Below are positions 27,201-36,385 of a stretch of DNA of 64,000 bases, piece after piece (position 1 is the first letter of the stretch; every line of letters begins with the position of its first letter). The translations under genes and the position numbers were made by a program. Under the pieces are notes generated by a model. It was not told the origin of the DNA. It did not search any database and worked only from the letters and a program-made list of their open reading frames with translations. Source of the stretch: Pecten maximus (Eukaryota); contig NC_047021.1 in assembly GCF_902652985.1 (NCBI RefSeq), positions 41,416,001 through 41,480,000 on the forward strand. The letters are read 5' to 3'.

Positions 27201-28934
27201 AACAAACATCAACAATGTATGGTAGACCAGCCAGAATGTTTACGTTGCTTTCATCTCGCTATATTTACCATTGTATGGCACTGCCACTATATAACCCTAC
27301 CAATTCAGTTGCGAGTTCACCAGCTTATTTACTGCCAACTGAAATTTAAATTTGAAAATTTCAAAAAAAAATCTAGTGTTTAATACTTTAAAATTGGTGA
27401 AAAAAAATCAACGTTTCAGTGTATTCGAAAACAGGAGGGGATTGTTGCACGTTAAAACAAATAATATATTAATTTGGAATTAATCATAGATGTTTAATGT
27501 ATTTGTTATATTAGGAAATGTTTATCAAAATCTTTTTGAAACTCCATTGAAATGAACAGTTAAGAAAATATAACGAAACGTGTATTAATTCCGTAAACAA
27601 TGCTAAATTAATCATTTTAAGAATAAAAATGTGTTTCATCAAATCTGCAGAAGGACGAACCAGATGAATGAGTTTTATCACAACATTCTCAGTATTAGAA
27701 TCCAGAGCAGAACGGTTGTTGCTCCTTATATGGAGACAATTTCACCATGATGACATAAATGATGTTACATACATGTTCATTCCAAAACATTCGCTTCAAT
27801 CACATAATCAGAAAAACCTCCACATTTAAGTCCGTGATTTTATTTGAATGTGCGAAATATATTTAGTAGAATGCACGGCATTATCAACAGGGTGTGTGTT
27901 TCATAAAAATATCTTTACACAGGGAAATATAGAATATTTAGTGTATGATATGAGATTTATACATTCCAGTACAAGAACGCATAATGCTTTTAAAATAACT
28001 ATAGATTTTTTTTTCAGCAACTCTTATTGGCAACATCCTTGGAGGTCTTGTTGGACTTATATTTTTTGGCTGTGTCATTGCGGTCTTTTGGAATGTTGTG
28101 AAAAGATGCTACGGAGACCTTGGCATGCCCTGTCGTGAAGCATGTGAAGGTATTTGCATTTTCCTGGGAGGTGTATGCAATCAAATATCAGATCTATTGG
28201 ACTGTGGATGTGTTACTAGACGACGTGCAGAACCGACAACATACAGAGACGATACAAGACACGAAACAACAATATTTTCAGCTCAACCGCAACCACAGGA
28301 ACAGGAAATAACTATTACGATTGCCACTTCCTCAAATCTGTCACGTACAGTCAGTCTGGACTCGTTATATACTCTAGGTAAGTCGAATGGAGGCGGCTTC
28401 ATTCGCGACAATCATATCCATAATGATATTCCAGTGTTCGCAACAAATGGTAGCTTGGTTAGTAGAATAAACCTTGTATAAAGTATCATTTTTTACACCC
28501 TGAAGTTATTACATTTTTAATAAATTACTGATAAATAAGATGTCTGTGATGCAAGATGGCCTCAAATCCTATGAAATAAACTTAGTTTAGGTTTTAAAGC
28601 ATATTAAGCATGAACCAATTCTATTTCGGGGTTTTCAATGTATGATTCCCTTTATCCAATTAATAGGTAAAACTTTACCCCCTACATGTACCCCCACCTA
28701 AATCCATGAAATTTCGGAGGCAAGGCTCCTTCATATTTTTTTTTTTTTATTGTTTATGCCTTTTCATTTTTGCTTACAGATTCCCTTCCAATGGAACTTG
28801 TGCCTTCTGCGCCCCCTGCTGACAATAACTCGGCTATCCTTCCTTACCCTGATCGTGATCCACCTCTGCCGGATTTACCACCTCCTTCTTACTATGACGT
28901 CGTAACAGAAAGCAAACGTCAGTACAGCTTATAA
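4978..28934 (+). CDS. Gene A: type I membrane protein with CUB-like ectodomain and four tandem TM/Cys-rich/PPxY 3' cassettes (predicted isoforms 325, 380, 381, 330 aa if all join exon 4)
   Basis: Hand-built exon chain with canonical GT-AG sites and consistent phases: 4978-5044, 5491-5537, 5733-5924, 7097-7268, then one of four cassettes; all reading frames open. Confidence 0.7.
5491..5537 (+). CDS. Gene A exon 2 ((D)AADSVTLSELVCDSQ)
   Basis: Acceptor ttttacag, donor CAG|gtaaga, phase 1 to 0. Confidence 0.75.
5733..5924 (+). CDS. Gene A exon 3, N-terminal half of CUB-like domain (IYDIKDGDSLLIKWDG...YCRLGF...WTCFNIEKFRLYNCKFYIEIYK)
   Basis: Acceptor tttcag, donor AAG|gtaagt, 64 codons, phase 0-0; alternating hydrophobic pattern and Cys spacing resemble CUB domains. 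Confidence 0.85.
6170..6213. repeat. (CT)n microsatellite
   Basis: Direct reading. Confidence 0.95.
6480..6880. repeat. Degenerate ~40-bp tandem repeat (ACTACTGATTTCATTGAAACATACTCTC-like)
   Basis: Recurring TTTCATT(G/A)AA and CATACTCTC words. Confidence 0.55.
7097..7268 (+). CDS. Gene A exon 4, C-terminal half of CUB-like domain and stalk (RYDCSSTDIDDEYCLQ...LKFTYNHT...VRLSVSVQHKEADAVASPE)
   Basis: Acceptor ttttacag, donor GAAG|gtatgt, phase 0 to 1; N-glycosylation sequon NHT; homologous to the - strand exon 60236-60104. Confidence 0.85.
8150..8850 (+). mobile_element. Decayed Penelope-like retroelement reverse transcriptase fragment
   Basis: Frameshifted peptides QQTIGIP, PLLADLFIFSYE, SFNFT..NDVLS, IKDTT, DNFPFLDSNIPASPTY, FIRYSR resemble the PLE-type RT motifs (GIPMGTNCAPLLADLFL, YIDD, NFPFLxSNIP) as I recall them. 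Confidence 0.75.
10060..10695. repeat. 42/43-bp minisatellite (CACATTGTCTTTCCCTATGGAAATCTTACCTCCTTTCCCCTT), about 14 copies
   Basis: CACATTGT at 10101 and 10143; source of spurious ORFs 9968-10840, 10027-10635, 10317-10703. Confidence 0.95.
11952..12278 (+). CDS. Cassette 1 exon a: TM (ILAIGVAIGFIVCFVAV), KKR stop-transfer, Cys-rich segment
   Basis: Acceptor ttttcag, donor GCAG|gtagga, phase 1-1, open frame. Confidence 0.85.
13090..13262 (+). CDS. Cassette 1 terminal exon: DFDDITTEESAHPSAAPTDNGWAPPPYVAPPPDESVPEAPPPSYYDVITGSVSVSKA*
   Basis: Acceptor ttcag in phase 1; 2 PPxY; AATAAA at 13314-13319. Confidence 0.85.
15225..15830. repeat. 30-bp minisatellite (ATCCGGAATACTCAAATACATGATGTTTAT-type), degenerate at both edges
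   Basis: Direct periodicity; explains the four repetitive ORFs at 15116-15850. Confidence 0.9.
16170..16332. repeat. Recent ~84-bp tandem duplication
   Basis: AGAAGATTCTTTTT...GATCCGCGTTCAGACAAAA at 16170 and 16254. Confidence 0.9.
16478..16676. mobile_element. MITE with terminal inverted repeats (TA)CTGTAAAC...GTTTACAG(TA)
   Basis: TIRs TACTGTAAACTAACTTATTTTCACG / CGCGAAAATAATTTGGTTTACAGTA, internal TTTCGCG/CGCGAAA repeats, probable TA target duplication. Confidence 0.75.
18140..18310. repeat. 17-bp minisatellite (AATGAATGGATTATCAT) about 60 bp upstream of the cassette 2 acceptor
   Basis: Direct periodicity. Confidence 0.85.
18370..18648 (+). CDS. Cassette 2 exon a: TM (VLPIILILGVVGGGGALI), KHKH, Cys-containing segment
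   Basis: Acceptor tttcag (an in-frame alternative tag lies 6 nt upstream), donor TTG|gtaagt, phase 1-1. Confidence 0.8.
19546..19710 (+). CDS. Cassette 2 exon b (partial duplicate of the 3' half of exon a)
   Basis: Acceptor tttacag, donor TAG|gtatgt, phase 1-1; shares EDTSRNRTE and TLSxxNSxLSL with exon a. Confidence 0.8.
20019..20239 (+). CDS. Cassette 2 terminal exon with 3 PPxY motifs, ends EEPPPSYYDVVTMNK*
   Basis: Acceptor tttgcag in phase 1; paralogous to 13090-13262; AATAAA at 20362-20367. Confidence 0.85.
21250..21790 (+). mobile_element. Highly decayed Penelope-like fragment (RT remnant plus 3' GAGCACCTG-type region)
   Basis: FQQPIDMFM resembles FQQxIGIPMG; ACTTACTTTGAGCACCTGGATTT resembles similar segments at ~55040 and ~45530. 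Confidence 0.4.
23125..23448 (+). CDS. Cassette 3 exon a: TM (VFGIVSGSLVICACAGIL), Cys-rich segment, ends VSLDTIDSL
   Basis: Acceptor ttttcag, donor TAG|gtaaat, phase 1-1. Confidence 0.85.
23719..24062 (+). CDS. Cassette 3 terminal exon: 4 PPxY, PTAP and PSAP, internal 60-bp (20-aa) repeat, ends PPPSYYDYVTDNFS*
   Basis: Acceptor ttgcag in phase 1; AATAAA at 24143-24148. Confidence 0.85.
26300..26550 (+). mobile_element. Degenerate CORE-type tRNA SINE
   Basis: Aligns by eye with 52598-52886 (GATCCGAGG..GTTCGA head, TTGTGTCTTTAGGGAAGA..AATTGCTC core, GGCTGTT..GGGGCGATAAAC tail). Confidence 0.65.
28018..28377 (+). CDS. Cassette 4 exon a: TM (ILGGLVGLIFFGCVIAVFWNVV), KR, Cys-rich segment, ends VSLDSLYTL
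   Basis: Acceptor tttttcag, donor TAG|gtaagt, phase 1-1; CREACEGIC parallels cassette 3 CRESCNEVC. Confidence 0.85.
28780..28934 (+). CDS. Cassette 4 terminal exon: DSLPMELVPSAPPADNNSAILPYPDRDPPLPDLPPPSYYDVVTESKRQYSL*
   Basis: Acceptor ttacag in phase 1; PSAP and 1 PPxY; AATAAA at 28934-28939 overlaps the stop. Confidence 0.85.
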
Positions 28935-31294
28935 ATAAACACACGTACAAATGGATATTTGGAATCATTCATCCGCTTTTATGGACATTTATCAAAGTAT
29001 TCTTTTTTTGCTAAGTGTTAAACTCTCAAAATTTTACCTGGAATGATTTTTTTTTTTTTTTTGAATTTTTTTATTTTTCAAGATTTTTTTCATAAATACA
29101 AAACATGGAATGATTTATAATCAACAGCATCAAAATGTGATCGTACATTTTATCTGTAAATTTCAAACACCAACTTGCAGACAGTATGGCAAAACGGGCG
29201 TTAGTTACACTGATGTGAAAGCCACATATTTATCAATTATTAGCCTTTGTTGAGGTCAGTATTGTGTTATATCAACTTCATATCAAGCTACATGTATTGT
29301 TATCCTCTTATATGTCCATGATTGTGGACCAAAAGATAGGAAAAATGTAAAATGAATATGTTTCGGGTTTTATTTAGGTGTTTTCAGTGCATAAATAAGG
29401 TATGATATAACAGTACACATCCTAACAGAGGTAGCACACTACAGTAGGACAGGCTGGCCATGGCGCGATTTTTTTATTAAGCAAATAACTCCTGTATTAT
29501 GATATGCATAAAAAATGAAAAAAAATAAATGTACACTATAATTGGTATATTCAGTATGAAGTAGTACATACAGGCTTCACATTTGTTAAAACAAAAATTA
29601 ATAAATTGGTTCCGGATTTTCCGAAAGTGTGTTTACACAGGAAATTTAGTTTTCCCTTCAGCGAAAAATGGAAGTCCACTGAAAAGGTAAGATACCAGGA
29701 AAACTTAATTTACAACATATATCAAAACAAGATTAATTCTGTATTTGGGAAAGAGATATTTAATTTGAAATAGGTTTCAGAAAAAACATTGTGTAGAGAA
29801 TTGTGTCATTTAGGGTCAAATATAATATTTTGCAATTTTTGAGAATTTATTTAAGCTGTAACCATGGTATTCACAGCTCTAAAAATCACAGAAAATATCC
29901 ATCAGAGCTGTACTAAAATTGCAAACGTCGTACAGATTACAAATATATATACTTTATTAGAGGTAATATGTAGGGTTAACTGGCAACTGACATTTTTAAA
30001 ACATGTGCCATGTTTTTCAGAATTGGGCGTTTCTACTGTACACTGCTACCAGAGTCATGGTCAGTTTCTAAGGAAATACATGTTGCTTTTGTTAAAACAG
30101 CAACAATGTATTCATCAAAAAAGTTCTTGTCGCGGCAATTTATTTTCTATCAGTAATATCAGCATAATATACACTTTGATATCAATGTATATTTCTGATT
30201 CTGATGAACACGTGCATAATGACATATATGTATATACTCACGCATCGAATGAGATGCATATATTTTGTATGTATTTACTTTGTAGTATTGGTGATATTTT
30301 TATATTGTGGAGCAAAATTATTGCGCCGTATTGGTGATGTTACTATTTCAGTATTTTTATGTGACAATCAAGTTCATGAATGATACATTCCCTTGTACCA
30401 AAGTCGGCGTTTTTTTACGTTTTGTTACTAATATTTTTTTTACTCTTAAATTCAATCAATAAGTCATTGCTATTTTAACAGACTCTATATTTAAAATGTA
30501 TTCATACTTTTTCATGTGAAGCCTTTCTGCGATACATATTTACGTATGTTTCATTGCTAATGCAATCATCCGTTATACATATTAATACTCATTATACAAT
30601 TCACTTTATACGAAACATTTATACCTGTATTTATCTATTGTGATTTTGTGTGTTTAGTTAAATTAATGTACCTATTAATCCATATTTTTATTTTTATTTT
30701 CCAAATCTTATGACCATCTAAAGTGGAATAAAACATCATGTTACCACTTAATATATATTTGATATTTCCATTGTCTCCTATACTATATTATATTCGGTAT
30801 TCGGTCCATGCAATCTTATTAATTTAAGATTTTCTCATCGAATGTGTAAGGCTGCCATGTTACCCGTATAATCTCTTCTTACTAATAAGACGTCCTATCA
30901 AAAATATTTTAAAGTTTAAAGCAGTCCCTCTCGAGTTCGAGTGATCCACTGGTAGTCCTGTCAGACAAAGATGTTTACCGATGACAACAGCCGAGGTAAA
31001 CACATCCCTGCTTAAATCAGTTTAGTCGCATATAAACCGAAATCAAAAGTCAATAAACGTTTTATTATCTGAAAGATTATTTTCGTTTTCTTTTACATGT
31101 GTATAATAGATGTCAATCTTCCTGCTATTTATATTACATCGTCGGTAACCTGCGATCCTGACGCGCGAGACCGTAAGGATTCCATAATTCAAAAAGATAA
31201 TGTAACACATTTGCCCATATTAGCTGTAAAAAAGTAATATTAAGTTCGGCTGTTATACTGTTATATCACAAAAATATAAACAAAAATAAATTCA

Positions 31295-32390
31295 CTACAC
31301 AGACACATCTATGAACATCATAACTATCTCAAATAAAGTTAAACACCGATATTAGACACGAGAAACAATTATTCATCTTTGCAATCAATCACGTATACAG
31401 ATATATACCTATTCACATCTATATCTTTGTATCTTATCGTTCGGTATATCTTCTTTAAAAAAGTAAATATTACAATGTATTATGTTGAAAAGATATCTTA
31501 ACTACGTCCTACATAAGGGATGTTAAGTATACTTTACTAATTGTAACTGAATTTAATAGCAAATACTATGTTACAATATATTGTAGTGAGGAGCATAATC
31601 TTATATTATGTTGACTTCTATCTATTCAGTATATTACAACTTCAAATAAGTATAATGCATAACGATGGCTACATAAGAGAGTCAATATATGTTACATGCT
31701 GTTGTAAACATATGTCATTCATAAATAAATTCGCCATCATTATGGCAGACAGGCAGTTGCAGAACTGTTAATTTGTGCTAAGAATAGGAATTCTAAAAAA
31801 ATGCATTGTTTGGGACTACAGAATTCGTAGTGCGGCCTCATATGATGTCTTCGCAATTGCCGAAAGTGAAACATGGTTGTGAGTTAACTCCCAAAGGTGG
31901 CATCCCTTCCAGCCACGTTTTTTTTGTGTCGCTAGTGTTGCTTTTGATACCAGCAACCGTTCGTCCCTTTGAATATTTGTTCAACAAAATTCTGAAGCAG
32001 CACTAATTTCCTAGATAGTTTGGTTATCTCGATCTTGTTTTTTACGAAAGCTGACAGTATCAGAAACACTGGTAATCGTACTGGATTCAATAAGAGAAAC
32101 TGTATGTATGATATAAGGTTAAATATATACTACATTCTGTATTTACCAATCATTGGATATTGGCAATAAGTCCAAAATATTTAACCTCGGCTGTTTCCCC
32201 GTTACATCACAGAGGTATCAAGAAAAATAAATCTAATACACAGACAAATTCAGTGACATATGAACAGCATAACGATCTTCAATATAAAATTACACACGGC
32301 TATTTGACACGAGAAATAATGATTGAACATTGAAATCAAACATTTATACAGATACATACCTGTCCACATCTACATCTTTGTGTCTCATGT
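31295..32390. repeat. Old ~150-bp direct repeat (copies ~31295-31435 and ~32237-32390)
   Basis: TACACAGACA..ATGAACA..GACACGAGAAA..TATACAGATA.ATACCT..CACATCTA.ATCTTTGT in both copies. Confidence 0.7.
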
Positions 32391-35249
32391 GTAGATTTAT
32401 CTCGCTTTGTTTACTAGGAAGTAGATGTATCTGGCCACGTTGTCGACGAAATGAAAAGGCAATGCAGTCTGTGGTGTAGAGAGAGGTGTAAATTGAAGTT
32501 TAAAATTGTCCCAGAGACAACTGATACACATGCTATGACAGCAACTTGTATACATGGACATATAAATAGTTTTAAATCGGAAACGTACTTTTATGCCTTT
32601 ACACATGTCTATGATATTTACAGGGTGATTCCATACCATCAAGTAACTGACATTTTAGAGAATTTTAGAGTCTACCTAAACAACTTTACTGACAAGCGAA
32701 ACATATCATTAGGTGTATTTCCTGTTCTAGCATCGTTTTCGTCTGCTTTCTGCTGGTGGGATATACTACGTCAACATAGGCTTTACAAATTGTGTACTAA
32801 CGAAGTTGGAAATGAATACCATTATGTATATTAATGTGATAATGTACAAATATTACACCTCAGAAATAAACTCATTCCAGATTATTTTTGCAAATATCCA
32901 AGTTTCTTTAAAACGAAGAGAAGAAGTCTCAATTATTGTTTATATACATGTATGATTATAATCTTTTGTAGATTTCTAGTAAAAATTAACTAGACCGTGT
33001 CTATCTGTATAATGATTCTGGTTTTGATCTATCAGAGTTACTTCCCTTTGATTGACTCTGTAGGAAGACTGTACATTGCTATTACACTTCAACAAATGTT
33101 TAACCTGTCATTAGTATGTGAATTATATATTGTTTTAAGTGTATTACAAAACCCTTATTTATCCAGTATTCAGATAATGCTGCGAAAGCTATATTTTGTC
33201 ATACAAGTATTATTACTAGGTGTCTACGAAAAGTTGATCTCAGTGATTTTTCAATAGTGACTACAATGCGTATTTATATTTTAAGTAATCAAGCTGATTG
33301 GTTCCATATTATGATCCTGGATGAATGTCATACTGCTTTCTGCTATTTTGCAGGTATCAATATAGATTTCTAGAGACAGTTGGAGTTAGATTTGTATTAT
33401 TAAGTGATTTATCAATATTGCATATCAGTATTGCAACGGCGAGCCGTCATGATCACAGAAGATAGTATTGCACTTTAAGAGTCATTTATATCGGAGAATA
33501 ATGGTTAAATCTTAAATAGGAGTAAATAGCACAAAAAAAGTCATGTAATATACCAAAATGTTTGTCTTGACATGTAGTTTGTTAAAATCACCAATAATTT
33601 GCTGTAAACGCTTACAGTGTTTTCTATAGAGTAACTTTGTGTGTAACATGTAGCATGAACTAGTTCTAAGTCACACAAATAAACCTGAAAAATAATCAAA
33701 CTGTTATTCTCACAAGTGTCTATAGCACAGGATAGGAGCATTAGTTTGACCGGATTTAACTTTATATACGTATAAACATTTATTTTGTTTAAAATGCAAA
33801 TGGCAGCAAAAGACTAGTTTGCTGTTTAGATACCACTTAAGACTCACTTATTTATCAGAACAATTCGACAGAGACAAGTAAAAAGTTAAACTCAGAAATA
33901 GCTAAACTTATCCTACAACATTTATCGGAGGACGTTTAGTTCATCAACAATTGTTAATTCTTCGCTAAGTTGGACGAACTATAAAACTCGGCATCGAAGC
34001 GTGATTCGTCGGCAATTTGTTCATATTGATTAATCAAAACAGCCTAATGTTGATCTTGATTTTTCAGAAAGACTCTGATGACATCTGATGTAAAGCAATC
34101 ATGTTTAATCTTACATCCCTATAATATTTACAAAAAACACAAGGAAACGGTTATTTTTATGTCTTAGATTGTATATTGTATACCTAACGATGTAAGGTAT
34201 TTTATGATTTAAAATAAATTCGATAGAAACATATTCAAATACATACGAGAGTGTGCGAAATAACGTACCCCTACTCTATACGTACAGGCAAATGTTCGAT
34301 CCCATAACTGTACTGAAATGATATAATTTGACAGCTTTTCATTTCTAAATGTCCACTGATATTTTCAACGAAGAAGGAAATTCCATTACAATAATTATTT
34401 ATGACCAGTCCGTTCTCGAAATGCGTCTCTTTTCGGAACCAATCCATAACATTTTCGGCTGAAAATCCGTAACGTAAACAAAATCATTTCCCCTTGTTTT
34501 TTGTGAATCATAGGGCTGTGTGCGTAAACATCATACTGTTTAAAAGCGAAATGTCATCAGGGAATCATTCTGGCAATAAAGACAAATGCTCCACTGTTTT
34601 GATAATTCAATATCAGCAAAAACACCCGTCGAATCACGCCTTGATGATGCCGAGTTTTATTGTTCGCCTACCGTTACCATCTTGAAAAGACCATTCCCTT
34701 ACGAGTACGCGACAGTGGTAATTAACACATGTAACACAACCTGTTTTGGCATGCACTGCATTTCTATTGCATACATTTCTTATCGAAAGGAAGAACACTT
34801 TTGAATGTTACATAACTGTTTATAATAATAAACGTTAGTTGATTTCTTAAACAGTTCAACTTATCGTTAGTGATTTTTCAACAGTGTCCATCTGTAATCT
34901 GCTGTCACATATATGTGTATAGCTTATTGATTGTTTATCAGTAGAAATAAATTTACTCTAAAAACCATCTGGATTTATTTGGTGCTGAATTTCTATAGCA
35001 TACAAACATGCTGTTATCATATTTGAAGAAAAAGTTGATTCTATAAAGTAGCTAAGGTATCAGTATTATTAATCTGAACTGTAACAATCTAATTCAATCT
35101 CATGATATGATTATGAATTAATATCATATTGAATTGCTACAGCATGCTTGTGATATCTTTGTCAGTAATTTGCCACACTCTACTTTGTAAAACGACCTCT
35201 TCTTTCACGCTGTAAGTGCGGTCGAATGAATAAATACATCTGAAAAATC

Positions 35250-36385
35250 TGAATCCGTTGTTCATGTCCGGCACTTCATGTTTATTGCGTTCCCTTCTTT
35301 TTCTATTCTATAGTTCAGATATAATATCTTGTGATTCCGTATGCAAGTCTCTCCTATGCTGGCCAGTTGATTTCTCGGATAGCCGCGGTAGTGTTTATTT
35401 GGCAATGTCCTGGACTTGTCTTTCTTCATACTTCTTCATCAACCCACATTTTTGTTAAGTTTTGTTCCAAGAGTTTTGTCCGGTGACCTGTCACAGAACC
35501 ACAGGGAGTCGAAGACTGATAGGACATCTAGACATCTCATACAGAAATGCTTGTGACATATTTTGCATTCCATGACTTTGCAATCAGAGTTCTCGAAAGC
35601 ATTGCAGGCTGGTAAGTCCATAATAAGTCTTCTTGCGGTGTTTTGAAGCCCCTTCCTTGCTTTCCACGTTATCGTTTTGTCCTTTCGAGTATCCTACTCG
35701 GGTTATCCTGGTGGTTGTCAAGTCCTTGTTCAGTTTGTTTACAGTCTGGATGGATGGGCTAGCAGCTGACCTCATCGATGTTGATGATTTCTCTTGGACC
35801 GAAATGAGTGAAAAGCAAACATCCTTAAGTACTAGTATGTCCACTGTCCTGCCTTTTTCTTCAATATTCTTCACGCTGTCTAAGATACCCGAATCAGATT
35901 GTTTTCTCTATAACTTTCTCAAGTTTCCGAGATTACATTTTTTCGTCTTCAGATTTCGGATTTTTCCTACTTTGGAAGCATTCAGTTTTCTCCTTAACGC
36001 CGCACCGCACTTTGGCAACCTCACATTTTAATCCAATCTGGTGTTCAAATTCAGCGATACAGGATTCAAAAGATTCCATATTTCCTGGCATCTTTCTTCA
36101 GATTGCCTATCAGTTGTGATGCTTTTTTCTACAACAAGAATAGGACAAAAGAACCACATTATATCCAATTTTTATCAGATAATACTTGCTGTCTTCAAAG
36201 TCCAGGAAGTTGATGTAAAGTGTTCATGTCAACGATGATATACCAGCATTAACGTTACTTTATCCCTTGAATTACTCTTCCAAACTAGCATTTTGCTGAA
36301 TTCTTGTCTTTGACCCTGACTAGGAAGCCGATATAGCCCTTGGTCAGCATCAACTTGGCTCCTTCCTGTTCTGTGTTTGGCCATA
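35250..36385 (-). pseudogene. Decayed CR1/L2-type LINE ORF1-like sequence (PHD finger plus coiled coil), apparently two tandem remnants
   Basis: CNAF..DCKVMECKICHKHFCMRCL..WFC (PHD-like) at 35621-35439 and IMWFFC..VEKSITTDRQSEERCQEI further upstream; several stops and frameshifts. Confidence 0.55.
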
